DNA of 61,310 bases, filler included, from Cystobasidiomycetes sp. EMM_F5 (Eukaryota): NCBI GenBank assembly GCA_051047955.1. It is 3 parts of 3 records of this genome, joined end to end, with 100 filler letters (N's around TTAATTAATTAA, not from the genome) between each part and the next. Parts side by side here need not be neighbours in the genome. Positions count along the whole stretch, not along the records: positions 26,912 to 51,027 come from JBPGPT010000071.1; 2 more parts are not named here. One strand, given 5' to 3'. The notes under the pieces were generated by a model. It saw only the letters and a list, made by a program, of their open reading frames with translations. It did no database searches and was not told where the DNA came from. Both the position numbers and the translations under genes were made by a program. Positions 27,418 to 43,247 of this stretch are shown piece after piece. Every line of letters starts with the position of its first letter. Within the stretch, counting starts at the first letter, position 1.

Positions 27418-30306
27418 TCAGTACAAAGCGTCGAATATCGTATCGTTGACGAAATTCTCTGTTCTGAGTAACCAGTCGAAGTCGTCCGCAAGAGTAAGCA
27501 GAGGGCCTGATTGGGTATCGATAGTTGATGACGGTGCTCCATCCGCAGGTATAGGCGCGGTTGCAGCCGCATCTGCATGAGCAGTATAAGACGTCGACAG
27601 GGAAGCCGAACGACTTCCAAGCGGGTCCTCAATTCCGCTGGTTTCGACCTTTCTTTGTCCGAGCATGCACTCGAGCAGTGCACGTCCTTTGGACACGATG
27701 ACGCTGCTGCCATCGTCGCATGCTTGCAAAAAGTCTACAAAGACTTGTACCTCTTGTCCCAGGGTGGTTCTGGCTTGACACTCCATCTGTCCGTAGAGAT
27801 ACTCTGTCGCCAACGTCATGCCACATAAAACGATATTCGAAGTGACATGCCTGTAATTGAGTATTTAGGGCCAATCCGCGAAGCTCAATCGTACACACGC
27901 ACCAGGACCGTACATACATCTGTGGGATAAACTTGCGCAATTCTGCCAAAACAGTCCCTGCGGCTTCCAGACACATCTGCATTCGATCTCACCACGATCA
28001 GAGACACCACGTTCGACACACCATATATTTGCATACCTTTCTCGCTTCCATGAAACGAAGCTCGCTGTAGCTTCTTCGGAAGAGCGAGCGAAATACCTCG
28101 ACGCGGCGGCCAGCCATCCCAATAGCTAAAGTGAATCGCGATATTGATACAAAGTCGAATGGGTCGTCCAGATTCGCTTGCGGCACATATCCATCACTCC
28201 GGGCTGCTAGGACAGGACAGAAGTCCAAGAGAGCCACAATCTCGCCGTGGCTTTTCAGCGCATGTTCCAGGTGCTCATCGACGTTTGTGATACTTCTCAT
28301 TTTGACGTGGAATCGAGCCATGAGATCCGACAATTTGCGCATTGCCAGTAAGCTGGTATTCAACGCCAGCCAGCGCATTTTGTGCAATGTCAGTCTCGGA
28401 ACAATCATACGACCGCTGTGTTCAACTGACTGAGATACGGGAGTCGGCGTGCTCAGGGGTAATACATGCACTGGACAAGGGACTGTCGTTTCGGGGTCGT
28501 AGACGTTGAGAGGCAAGATAGTCTGCGCGTCTGTAAACCAACATGTTAACACTACTGCTCGAAGAAGACAGTCGATCGCTCTGACCTGGCGTTAGCAGTC
28601 TCAGCGGCGACTGGTTTGTGGCTAGACTGTGATGACACGAATGAAGGGAGGGTACATCCTCAGCTGAGCTGAACCAAAGCGACAGATAACGAACCGCTCA
28701 TTCGTGACGAGGCAAGACCAGATCCGACGACCTAGCTCGCGACTCAATTGCTCCTCAACGGGTACATGGCTGTCGTGACCTAGGAGATGTAAATGCAGCT
28801 GCTGTGCCTGGAAGAGTGCAGCAGAAAGTAGAAACGACATGTAGGCGGAAGCCCTGACACGACGACAGACAGGTATCACAATAGATTAGCTTTCTACGTG
28901 GAAGGAATGAAGCCGATCTGATTATGTCGTACCCAAAGGCGTGCGAAACCTGTAGCAAAAGCACGACGGGACACTTAGAGCATTGACAAGGAGCACGAGC
29001 CGGAAGCGGGCAGATGACTGACCATGGGAAGCAAACAAACTGCTTGCAATGCTTGTAGCGATGGCCTGTACATCATGTGACCAAGATGTAGAGCAGCAAG
29101 TGCCGTGTCAAACCAGAGCTTTGGGAGCGTAGCTACTTCGGCTGCGAAAGATCATGCACAGATGTCCGAGATTGCAACGGCGTATGTGAACTTACTGTCG
29201 GAGAAACCTAAGGAAGACCCCAGGTCTGGTCCAATCACGTACAGACCGCACTTCAAGCCAATCCATTAGCCACGTACCACGATGGTGTAGCAAGCCGCAT
29301 TCTCACCGATATTATAGCGAAATCTATGACATACATACGTGCCACATGTTCAGCCTACGTAAAAACACCGACAGTGTGTAAATGTTGCCGCACATAGCGC
29401 CAGAAAATCATTACAGGCCTTAGAATGCCCAAGGGATACCGAGGCTAGCCACTCATCGTGTGCTTGCAAAAAAGTAGGCGCGTGCACGGTCGAGTGGTGC
29501 CACGACGTGAACTTGAGACTTGCCTCGACCAGATTCCGACTGCGTTCAAAGGGAACCCGATGTAGCACAGAAGTAGAATTAGCCGGGGATGCTTCTGCCC
29601 ATGGAGGTGACCATGGAGCCGGTGGATCTTCCACTCCAGCCTGCGCTTTAGGCTGCGTCAATCCGAGAGCTTCCAGGACAGTACTGAGCAAATCGATGGT
29701 ATCGCTTTCTGCTGATTCATTGACCGAAGTGGACTCCACATTCTGTTGACGAGTGCTCTCCACAAGTTGATTTTCCAGCATAGCGATCCGCTTGGCTTGC
29801 TTAGCGATTTGTACGTGCAGGGCTGCATTCTCCGCTGAAAGCTGCGCGGAGGTGAGCGGCTGCCTGGGTCCGGCAGCCACAACGGTTCCGCGCACGATGA
29901 CGGTTCTAAAGACGCGATAGTACGTCAGGTCAGTCGCGCTCGACATGTCATGCAGCGGCTTGACCGACTCTCTCTGACACCTGTATCAGTTGCGGAAGGA
30001 CAAGAGCTCAGCCTAAGTCTTGGACAGGGGAACCGCGCATCGTCGACATAGAATGCCCTTGACTTGCATGTCTGCTCGGCCGCGGGAAATGCATCCATCG
30101 CATGGTATATTTCGACTACATCGTATCTGCGTTGACGATTAGCCTTCAGGCACAATACCGAACGCACTCGCAAGATAACGGACCTACCTTACGAGTTGTG
30201 CAGAAGGTACAGCTGACCCGCAGGCGCATTAAACAAGAACCGGTACCAGCAAGTCTTGCTGCACCCACCTCGTTGGAGCCCGCTGACTTGCTCGTATTGG
30301 TGTCAT
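27418..30306 (-). CDS. Zn(II)2Cys6 transcription factor with fungal-specific TF middle domain
   Basis: Spliced CTFCTTRK|IRCSRNIPCDGCISRGRADM|CQRE|TVIVRG binuclear cluster, coiled coil LSAENAAL, and RELGRRIWSCL. Confidence 0.85.
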
Positions 30307-30880
30307 TGACGGCAGTGAGTCAAGGGCTGATCAGTCATCGCCGTGCAGCTTCCCAGACTTGCATTTATGTCGTCTTGGGTGCATAAATGTGCGTACAGCT
30401 CTGATTAACCTGGCATCGCCTGAGTTTCATTCGAATTCGGGCGTGTTGTACGTTGTGTACTGCGATACTGTAGTTGGCCGTCCCATGTTGGCTTTTCTCC
30501 AAGCCGCACATTCAATCGAAGCATCCCTATGTCGACGCAAGTTGTAGTGTGTGTAGTCATTACGACTTCATTGCAACAACTTCGTCGTGGATGCGGTCGC
30601 TCCATGATGACGGTAGAGGCACAGCGTCAGGCGCTCGACGGAATGCAAAAGCGTTTCCGAATCCGAGCACGGTCACCTTTCGACAGCACTGGCGAGGTGG
30701 TCATTATTCTGCGCACATATGCTTTCAAGGCGCAATGCAACTTCAGTTCCGACTTTAGTGATTCTTTCATTGTAAATTATTGGCTGAAAAACTTGCTCGT
30801 AAATAGGTCGTCGTGCACTACATACATTGCCGCAGAAATTATAGGCTACATTCGCGTATCTCACACGGACATCTCCCCAA

Positions 30881-31592
30881 CTACAATTGCTCAATCAAGC
30901 GCTGCAATCTCTTGTTTGCACCAACTGGCGCCTCCCACGATCCCTGTCTTGTAGGCACAAAGTTGGCGAACATTAATGCTCGCTCGAAATGGCGGTGATC
31001 ATCTGAGGTATCGAGTGTGGGCTCATCGGAGAGAGCAACCAACGCTTGGACCTTCCTGGACAGAGCGTCTCCCGCTGACTTTAGATTTGGGTTTTGCGCA
31101 GCGACTCTTGACGAGACGAGCGGGGAAAAGGATGAGGAGGACATGAAGAAGGCAGATGATCCCTTGCGGGTGCTCTTGGAGACTTTCTTGGATGTGCGAG
31201 GCTTGGATGAGTCTGGTTGTGCAGACTGCGCGTCTCGAGCGAGATATGATTGGAGATCCTCGTCATCCAGGATGAAGTCGCCTATCCTGACTGAAGACTT
31301 GGATGCAGACGATCTGATAAGCAACGCCTGGTGTTAGGATGGCACATCAAAGTCTGCCAGGCAACGTTACTCACGAAGCTGATGTAGTTGAAGTACCGCT
31401 AGATGTCGAGGCATCCGAAAAGTAATACTCCTCATCGTCGTATTCGCTGCTCGCGTACGAGGATTCAATTGGTGAACCAGCGACTGATCTTCGCTTCTGA
31501 TAGGTGACTGATGGCTCTGCAGCAGCTTGCTTGCCCTTCGCAGTCTGGCTGATTGGCCTGAAGCTGACGGATTCGAAGCGGAAGGACGACAT
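30881..31592 (-). CDS. Hypothetical Ser-rich protein
   Basis: ORFs 31371-31592 and 30881-31324 can be joined by a GTGAGT...CTAAC...ATCAG intron. Low complexity; 3' end uncertain. Confidence 0.5.
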
Positions 31593-32126
31593 TGTGTGTT
31601 GTGATCTGATCTGATCTGATTGGGAGCAGATTATCTTGCTGATGGAGGTCGGATAGTGAGAGCTGTATGTGAAGGAAAGGAAAGACTGGCATCCTCTCCG
31701 CTGCTTTTATATCGACTCGCGGGCTCATCGCAGCTCGCCTTTACCGCCGTTGTCAGCGCGTCGCAGTTTACTAAACTCGCTGATAGCACGCGCACTGTGC
31801 GCCTTTGTCGGGCGGTGATGACAGAGTCGGACATAAAACTCCGACAGGCACCGGCAAAATTAGCGCCGACAGTCAGCAATGCCCCACGTCAGCAAGGCAA
31901 ACAGAGAGTCGCGCAGCTATCGCGCTCGCAGGCACTATCACTAACGCCTGCTTTCGTCGGCTTGCATCGCAATTAAGACTGACACAGATGCTGACTCCTG
32001 AGCCCCGTTGACCGGGCTGGCGTATAACGAGGAATGCATGGCTTACAGACTGATAGCTAAGAGACAACCGTATCCCAAGTGGCTTACACAGAGCTCAAGT
32101 AAATCGGACTACTTTCTGGCTGCATT

Positions 32127-32499
32127 TCAACTCAACGTGATGCAAGCCATGGTGCCAATGCCTGCGCCGATCGTAACAGGAGCGCAATCGTGACTGCAAG
32201 TGACAGACTCGCCGTTGACTTGGTCTTTCCAGCCATAGATATTGTTGTCTGCGAGGCAAGTCCATCCGCTTCGATTGTCCGCCCCGCAGGATCTGTATAG
32301 AATTCGGTCAAACCCCAATCTTTCAGATCTTACGTGGCTAAGCTTACACTTGATGATCTATACTGGCATTGCAGGTGACAGTAGGCGGCTGGCGGTCTCT
32401 TGTCTGGACTGCAGCGCCGTAGACTGTGCTGACACTCGATGCGAGAGTCATGGCGAAGGTCGCGAGAATTGGGAAAGATCGTGATTTCGGGCAAAGCAT
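32127..32499 (-). CDS. Small secreted cysteine-rich protein (105 aa)
   Basis: Exons 32499-32348 and 32292-32127 (55-nt GT-AG intron). Hydrophobic N-terminus FPILATFAMTLASSVSTVYGA and 6 Cys in the mature part. Confidence 0.65.
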
Positions 32500-32804
32500 G
32501 GTAGAGTGGGTGCAAGTGGTTAGCAAGGCGACTTCGCGTGCAGAATTGGATGGTAAGGGTTCATGTGGCAGCTTTGCACTTGACGCCGTACCTGCTACCG
32601 GCATACAGCCGTCTGTACTGGGAACAAGGGTCGTCCGAATGGCCTCGAACCGGTCGAGACAGTGTTCGGATAGGCGACACAAATTCTTGTGCTCGTCGAA
32701 CACGCTCAATAGTCACTATCTTCGGGGACAGGGATGCGGCAGGCAGGGTGCGATCTGGCCATCGAGAATTCCACAAGCATTAATTAACGCTACATTTAGA
32801 CTGT

Positions 32805-34727
32805 TTAGTTTACACGGATACTCTCTAGGTGGGGCTGACACCTTTGCATGTCTCCCATAGCCTTTTCGTAGTGTGCAATGTGACCGTCAGCCAGGCTCAA
32901 CAGCAGATCCCTGAGTTCTGTTCGCTTGGCTGCTTGAAAAACTCGATGTTCACGTAAGACTTCTTCGTCGAAAGCCACAGATGTATCGTGCGCTGCACTG
33001 ACTGCGTCTTGCAGCTGTGCAGAGAGAGTGTCAGTAATAGGGATCCATGCAATAGTCGTAGATGTCGACACTGACTTCCTTGATCTTGCCATCAAGTTTC
33101 CGTATCTTGCCTTCCCGTGTCAGGTCGGCATCTCCGCCACGCAAACTCTCCACTTTGTCCTTGAAGTAACTCCCGAGACCTGTTCCAGCCGAATAGCCGT
33201 TCGCTAGCCGGTCCCGCTCCATTGACAGGTTGGATAGATACGCCGACAGGTCTTCGAAATCAAGCTGCTTCTGATCGCGCAGCTTCAATACGTTTCTGAA
33301 GGCATGAGTGTACTGGTGCAGCGAGTGCACCTGCGCTAAAAATATTTCTGCAGATTGCGCTGTCTGTGTCGGTGACAGGAAGGATTAGCCTTCTCTCACG
33401 AAACTCCAGTTAAGGCCACTTGGCGTACCGACGTCCGCAGGCTCATAGCAAAATCAAGCAAAGACTGTTCGTACCGAGCAAGCGGTTCTGTGATACCACT
33501 CTCAAGTTCGCCTAGACCTTGCACGCTCGCCGCAAAGTCTTCATAGTCATTAGCCAAGTCTGCCGTGTTTGTTAAGCAATCAGCGAAATATTTCAGAATA
33601 TGAGGTGTACAAGACACACCTCCCAACCTTATCCTGGCTCGAGCTTCCGTCCTTTCGATTGCTAACAAACTCTCCTCAAATTTGTCCAGGCTGTCTCGCA
33701 CTTCGAGAAAGCGCTCATCGGGTTTGCGGAGCTTAGCAAACGCGTTGAGCAGTGTATCGGATAGGCTGTCGATTATGGATCCGGGGACGGAGGAGGCTGA
33801 ATCTGGCGACATGGGTGGATGTGCTGCGTGCTTGTGCATCCTGATATTCTGTATTGCAGCAGAGTGAGTCAAGTTGCAGCGCTTGCCTCGCGAGCTAGTC
33901 TTACCCATTCTGTGGATTCACAAAAGTCTTGTAATAGCGTGGCGCGGGAAAGTGTAGGATGTCGAGCCAGTCTTTCGAGAAAGCGATTCAAGCTGAGCAT
34001 ATACCTCGTCAGTGTGAAATCGCGATTTCGCGAATCCCGCACGAACTCGTGTGTCCTTTTCTCCACAAATTCCGGTCCAAACCTATCTCCCTTCAAGTAT
34101 TCTAGAGCGTCATATACATTCAGCTGCGGCTCATACAGCTAATGACCACCCATCCATCTCGCACCTAAGCGATGCTTGCCGGGTAAGGGAGGGACTACGC
34201 AAGCCGGAAAATCCTTCATGAGATGGTCGTGCAGGAACACAAAGTCTTGAAAGCGTCTTCTGCATTCGAAGTTGCTCTTCTCGTACTGCGGCAGATTGGT
34301 CTGCAATATGGGCGGCGAAGCATACGACACGCATCAGCCGTAAACATCGAGACCGCAGAAGCGCATCTTGCGCATGACATACCTCGCCCTTGATACAGTA
34401 GGAAACGTATGCATCTTTGGTATTCTCATGCATCTTTAGCGGGTCGCGCACGCCGGCTTTGATATAGTATCGTCCATCCGTGTCCTGCTGTTGACGGGCT
34501 GCAGGACCAGTCGAGCTTGTCCTGCGACCAGTGCTTGCCAACCTTCCTGCGTTACTGCTGCTGCCGCTGCCCGATGTTCCAGCTTGGTGTGATGTGCTCG
34601 CGACTCCGTCATTCAGATGCCCGTCAGCCCCAGCTGCCAGCGCACTGCTGCCAAATGGACCGCCGTCCGTCTCTCGATCCCATGCTACGCTGGCAAATCC
34701 CTCGTTGTGGTCATGCTCAGCCATCAT
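32805..34727 (-). CDS. SNX4: Sorting nexin-4 (PX-BAR, Atg24)
   Basis: GFASVAWD N-terminus, PX domain CRRRFQDFVFLHDHLMKDFPACVVPPLPGKHRL, GDRFGPEFVEKR, VLKLRDQKQLDFEDLSAYL. Confidence 0.93.
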
Positions 34728-34866
34728 TGTTTCGCTGCAAGTCCAAAGGCTGTACTGGATCCATATGACGATATATTGGAACACATCTATCCGGCTATGC
34801 AATACTTCCACTACCTTACTTCCGGAAAGGGGATATCCACATTCTATATGCAGTCACCGCATTTGT

Positions 34867-35924
34867 CTACTTGTGCTGATGCGAAGGATGCACCGATCCA
34901 AGAGGGGGTGCCCTGGTTTGGGGCTGCTCAATCTTCATGGGCAATAGAGCTCAGCATACATGCCGATGTACTTCGGATGAGGCTCACTCACCGATTGCTT
35001 CCAAGAAGCTTGCGGCCGAGTATTCTCGTCTTCAAACTGGAACTGCGAAAGCCCCGCTGTAGCAATCAATACAGCAACCGTCGCCCCCTGCGCAACCATA
35101 CGACCTTGCACCAGCTTTTGAGAAAAGGTTCTGGCAGGTAGATACGTTAGGACAAGCGATGCAGCAAAACATTAGAAAGATGACAAACTGGGTAGGGTTC
35201 TTGGCAAAGATGTATGCGCCAGCTCCAACCATAGTTGCCAACCAGCTGCAGGTAAATTCAGAGCCGCCTCGAACATCAGACGACTCCCATGAACCTACCT
35301 CCCTACGACAATCTGGTACCGGTGCTGTGCTGCCCACCCAAGTAGCCTCTCCTTGGGTGACATGCTAACCCATTCATCATGTATTTGTTGTTCTTGTCTG
35401 TGTAATCTCTCGGCGGTTGGGTCATTCCATTGTTCCCGGATATATCGTTCGTACGTCAATTCCCCACTGTGAGAGGTACACCTTTAAGCTGGAGAATAAT
35501 CGACTGTTAAATCGTCAACTCGTCGACTGACTTTGTAGCGCCGGCCCCGAGCGTTACTACCGTGCCCAGGAAGGCTTTTTGGACCAGCGGTAATCTCCCT
35601 AGTGCTGGAAACCGTCGACTGGCCAGTAAGAATGCCGGTATGAAACTAATGCCCAGAGGAGAAACCACAAGGAGTAGACGGATGGCTATGTTAGCTTGAA
35701 CCCTAAGAGCTCCGCAGCCCAGGTCTCTCACACGGCAAGTCCAGCAGCTGCGCCCTTTGCGCCGCCTGTTGTGTACCAGTACCCGTTAGCTTTTGTTCTC
35801 TTATGACGCCGATATCAGTGGCGGATGAGGTGGCCGCATCGTTGCAAGCCAACTGCGTGTCTCACTCACCGACCATGGTAGCATTAGCGGCAGCATCAGT
35901 CTGTTCTTTGGTTACAATCTTCAT
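34867..35924 (-). CDS. RCF2: Respiratory supercomplex factor 2 (HIG1 domain)
   Basis: Spliced MKIVTKEQTDAAANATMVGGAKGAAAGLA... and HIG1 type-2 motif TFSQKLVQGRMVAQGATVAVLIA. 3' end approximate. Confidence 0.8.
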
Positions 35925-36195
35925 GGCAGGGCGATAGATGTGCAGGGTTTGCGGTAGAAGGTGAGCAGAGAAATTCCTCGAGCTCCATGTTCGTGAAGCC
36001 GGATCGGACGAACTGGATACGGCAATATCAATGGGCTCGAGCAGTCATTCGGCTTCTTTTCAATAGCAGTGAATGGAGCATACAACACTGAAGAGCAAGC
36101 CAAAGCGCTGGTAAAGGATACATGGTCGCATAACATGCTTTCAGCCATGGCATGCGGAATCGAAGAACGACAACACGCCCTCCAAATTGCCCTCC

Positions 36196-38123
<1,928 letters not shown>

Positions 38124-38453
38124 GGTGTGCGGATACGCAGTGCAGGTTCAGTGCTGACTAGTTGGTATGGTCTGAACGGATGGAGCTGTCGATACTCCAG
38201 GTCCCAATTACCATCCATTTGCGGTAAATGACAATCCTTCATCGCCAGTCTGCACTGCACCGACGAGCGACTAATAAGCCATTTGTAATTTCACCTTTTA
38301 CAATTCTGTAACTATCATCAGCACTCCTTTACAATGTCCATTCAGTGACAGTCTGCAATTGTCGCTTGTTGCTCCATCTGTTTCATGGCCGATCGCTGAC
38401 TAACCCGTGGCAACTCTACTCATCGCGTAAACAGTCCTGGCTTTGCGGATTCC

Positions 38454-40572
38454 ATGCGACTGAGGCTGACTAATACGCTGCGATTACTGACACTGACACC
38501 CTCTCACTACAGCAGCATGGCAGCTCACAGAAAACAGGCAAGCCTCGATGGCTTCATCAAGGGCAAAGGCCCGATGACGGCGGCAGCGGCAGACCCCAGT
38601 CCGTCAACGTCGAGCGGGGGAAAGAAGAGACCCCGGACAGACGGGACAGACGTCCCGCCAGAAGCAAAGAAGCCAAGAGCCTACGGGACCTACGCTGCGT
38701 TTCCAGCCAATCCCCCGGAACCGAACGAGGTTCGCGAGGGCGGGCACAAGAGCGTGTTGGCAAAGTTGGAAAGCGTCATGGCCGCGCAGAGCAAGCTGAA
38801 GGCAGGCTTGTATAGTGTGCCCTGTCCAACACAGCGTACTGACTGCATACTGTTTAGCACTCTCAAGGCGGGACGGTCGTCTACTGGCAGCGAATGAAGG
38901 ATATCCGCGTAAAGGACAATATGGCTCTGTCACTCGCTTCCGAAACAGCAGCAAAATTAAACAAGACGCTCATCATCCTCCACGTCCTCTCTCCCGGCGA
39001 CTTTAGAGCACACGATCGCGCGCCCTGCAGAATCGACTTTGTTCTCCGCAATCTACGCATACTCCAGCAAGAGCTGGATGTATACAATATCCCACTGGCC
39101 ATACGCACAATGACGCCGCGTACAGGTATTCCCGAAAAGATCCTAGACCTCTGCAAGTCATGGAACGCTTCTCACATTTTCGCAAATCTAGAGTATGAAG
39201 TAGACGAGCTGCGCCGTGATGTACGCGTGCTGGAGCTCATCAAGCAACGAAAAGACCAGATTGAAGTAGTCCTCTCACACGACTATGTTCTCGTTCCGCC
39301 CGGTAAAATCTCGACCAAGCAAGACAAGCCATATTCGGTCTTTAGTCCATTCCATCGAGCCTGGTCTCCCCTCATCAGCGGCAATTTAGCAGCATACAGT
39401 AAAGACTATCCGCCTCCGCAAGCAAACCCCGATAGAGTGCGCACGGACCCTATGTACAGTTCTCTCTTCACCGAACAAGTACCACAGAGCGTGGAAGGCT
39501 TCGAGATGCCGACAGAAGGTCAATACACGGACGAAGTACATCGTCTCTTCCCCGCCGGCCCAGAAGCAGCGGAGGAAATGCTACACAGATTCATGACCAC
39601 GAAATCTAGAGAAGGGCAATTTGCAGAATCTCCACTGGCAGATGGCGCCGTTGAGGATTCAAAGAGTTCGAGAGCATTCCTGTATAGTAATTCACGGAAC
39701 ATGCCAAACATCGATGGCACGTCGAGACTCTCGTAAGTATCCAAATCAGCTTTGCGCGCCGCAACTGCTAAATGATGCTACTGTATATTCTATGCTACCA
39801 GACCCTATCTCGCAGCAGGCGTCATCTCGATACGCGCGTGTCTTCGAGCCATACTGGCGCATACACCAAATGGGAACCTACCCGTATCGCGTGACACAGG
39901 GCTCGGTAGCTGGACGCAGGAGCTATGTTTTCGTGACTTTTACCAACACGTCATGGCGAGCTGGCCGCGTGTATCGATGGGTCGCAACTTTGTACTAGCA
40001 CTCGAAGCTGTCGAGTGGGACGACGACCCCAATTCCGAGAAGCTCAATGCTTGGATCCAAGGCAAGACGGGATATCCCTTTATTGATGCAGGAATGCGAC
40101 AGATGGCAACACAGGGGTGGATGCACAATCGTGCAAGAATGGCTGTGGCGAGTTTCTTGGTGAAGGATCTCATGATAAATTGGAAAGAAGGTGAACGCAT
40201 CTTCTCGCGCTTGCTCATCGATGGCGATTTGGGTGCAAATAATGGCGGATGGCAGTGGTGTGCAAGCACCGGAACAGATGTAGGCATATCCCTCCGCACT
40301 ATTGTGACCAGATATCTGACAGACTGCCATGTACTCTACAGCCACAACCCTACTTTCGCATTTTCAACCCCATCAATCAGTCTGAAAAGTTTGATCCAAC
40401 CGGAGACTACATACGCTATTTCGTTCCGGAATTACGCAACGTCAAGGGTAAAGCTATACACGAGCCATTCAAGCATCTCAAGATATCAGAATTCAAAGCA
40501 ACAGGTTACCCTAAACCTATCGTTGATCATGCGGCGGCTCGAAAGAAGGCTATTGCGAGGTTTAAGAAGTAA
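38454..40572 (+). CDS. PHR1: Class I CPD DNA photolyase
   Basis: VVYWQRMKDIRVKDN, GTSRLSPYLAAG, GKTGYPFIDAGMRQM, GWMHNRARM, DGDLGANNGGWQW, QPYFRIFNP. Confidence 0.93.
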
Positions 40573-40777
40573 GTACATATTAATACAGGACGACGCACAG
40601 TCAGGCGGGCTAAGTATGGCAAAACAGTCCTGGCACAGCTGCTGATGAGTAAGGGATCGAAAGCGGTGGCCCAAGATTCCGCGTGGAAATGAGTGTGATG
40701 TTGAAGCAGAGCAGAACTTGCATATGTGACAATTGTTGATGTAAAGACAGACTTGGCAATCGAAGAGCGATCAATGC

Positions 40778-43247
40778 CTAGAAAGCGAGCTCTGAAGCGG
40801 TTGGCGAGTCTTTGTGCTTCTTCTGCTTGATTTCGCGGCCAAACTTCTTCGATTTGCCCTTTACAGGCACCCCTGGGGTGCTCTTCACCTCCACTGCTGA
40901 AACCGACTTATGCTTACAATCCAAACAAGCCATATCTCCGCACCTCTGATGATAGATGTGTTGACAGTCATCACAGGCCAGATAGGGCTTGAGCAGCCCA
41001 AGCCGTTTCTCGCACATCTGGCAGCGGGACAGCAGTCCTGCACCAATGAGCTGACGCTGAACTGCTTGTTCTGCTTGCTCGGTAGTCGAGTTATCGTCTT
41101 GTACGCGATTTGCGATGTCGAATGAAGACCTGTTACTGGAAGTGCGACTTCGATTTGAGCTCTTCGGACCAGACTCTTTGCGCGAATTGCTGGATACTGC
41201 AGCTCCGCCAGTCAAGCCTTGTTCCCAAATCGCACGCCAGCCAGGCTTGATGAGCGTAAAGCGATGCGGTCGTGCTCCAGTGTTCGATGCGACCATCGAC
41301 ACCACGTCGCTGTCAGCCAATGCGATTGGGACAGACAGTAGGCGGATAGTAGCAAATTTGGATTCTGGCAAACTACCAGGCATCACCACTGTCACAACTG
41401 GTGTGCCTCGCGGCACGCTGCCTTCGCCGACCTCCTCATTGACGGGTGTCGTTGGCGAGTCAGAGTCCGATGAGGTTGCATCATTGGCTTCGGCAGAAGT
41501 TCTGCCTGGCGCAGCGGGAGGTGATGTGGCGACAATCGCACCCTTCGAGGCGTCTTCTTTGCATTTGACCTTGATGTGATGTGGGTCTTCGACGCCGGCC
41601 ATTTCCAACCACGATGCCGGAAGAGATGGCAACGTCCCATTACTCACGAGTGATGGATTGCTTGGCAGGCAGCCCTTGATGGTGACTAGCGACGACGAGT
41701 GACCTGCGGTATCACGATGATGGTCAAGGAAGCTTGATCGCGCATTGTTCTTGCTGCTCTTGATGACAGAGTACGTGTTTACCGCTGATTCATTGTCATC
41801 ACCATGTCCAGAGGTCAGGCGCGATGTGCTGGTGATAGCGTCCGCATTCAAGAAGACCGAACCTTTACTGCCAACTTGCAGCTTTTCAAGCTTGGACAGC
41901 ATCTCGTCGACGTCTTCGTCGCTTGTTGCATCCGTATCATTCTTGTCGTCATCATCAGCTTCTTTACTCTTGGAGTATGTAAGGCCTGTAATTTGGCCTT
42001 TGAAGCTGGGGATGCGTCCAGGAAATGGTCGTTTGCCTTTTCCACGACCTCCATGCTTTGCGCTGAAGCCGAGAGAACCGACATTGTACGACCCTGCCGT
42101 GGCTTGGGACGCAATGATGTCTGCTTCGATGCCCTGTAGGGTGACGAGGATCTCTCGAATCTTCGGACGCTGGTCAGCGCCAGTAGCAGTGCAGGCGATG
42201 CACAGTTCGACAAAGGCTGCTGGAACCCCTGGAGAAGCACGTCGACGGACCTCGTCATGATCGATGCTGAATGAAGGCACGCCTCGCTCAAAAACGTCCC
42301 CATGCACGAGCTTGCGTGAAGCAATCTCGCAAAAGATGACGCCCAGACTGAATATATCCGTTGCGATGGTAAAGTCTTCGCCCAACATCATCTCGGGCGA
42401 CATGTAGCCTGTTGTAACAGGGCATTCATCAGTCGACGTAAGACACATACCTTGTACAAGTACACACTGACCGTCTGTTCCGCAAAATGACATCCGCCGC
42501 ATTTCCTCCTCGTTGCGTGCTGCCAGACGAGCAAAGCCAAAGTCACAGACCTTGATGCGGTCATTATCGCTAAGGAGCAGGTTCTCGCCTTTCAAATCCC
42601 TGTGGATACAGTTTCTTGCGTGCAAGTAGGCGACCGCGCGAGAAACATCGATAGCGAAACTGATGCGCAACCTCCACGAGAAGTCGAGGCTTGGATTATG
42701 GATCCTACTACGGAGGTTGCCCGCAGAGAGGTACTCGGAGATGATGAGTATGCGACGACGCGGCAGAGCTGCAGCTGCATCTTCGGAGGAATCGTCGCTG
42801 TCCGTAACATTGGGCGCGAGGCACAGACCTATGAATTGCACGATGTTAGGGTGACGGCATTCCCTGGGGTCAGAAAGCCTCAATCAGTGTACTGTTGGTC
42901 ATTCAGACCAGCTTGCCTACTTCATCAGCGTGCATTCGCGTCGAAAGTATTTGTCGACTGTTGTGGTGGCCTTCAGCGCAGTCTCGATGGCGTACATTAC
43001 TGCGTGCTTACCATCGTATTCGGTCGAATTGAATATCTCCTTTATCGCGACCTCCAGGCCGAGATATCTTGTGGAGACACGCAAGTGTTCAGCAATGCCC
43101 AATGAGTTTAGGGTATCCAGCTCACTCACCCTTGTATACGCGACCAAACGAGCCCCGACCGAGTACAGTCCATGTCGTTTCGTCGCTCAGATCGCTGTAG
43201 GGTATGACATCGAATCGACCAGCGTCCGGGTTGCCGACGGTAGCCAT
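40778..43247 (-). CDS. TKL (LISK/TESK-like) protein kinase with C-terminal C1-type zinc finger
   Basis: LGRGSFGRVYKG, VAIKE, HRDLKGEN, DFGFAR, CGTDGYMSPE; C-terminal HRF...CQMC...CDDC..H..C. Confidence 0.88.

Noticed and set aside
32127..32318. ORF ending ...ACITLS as a lipopeptide pheromone
   Set aside because: The Cys is fifth from the end, so it is not CAAX. Better explained as exon 2 of a secreted protein.
41115..42260. Long antisense ORFs opposite the TKL kinase (and similar ones opposite OPT, STE20 and BVMO)
   Set aside because: Shadow frames of real coding strands with no independent protein features.
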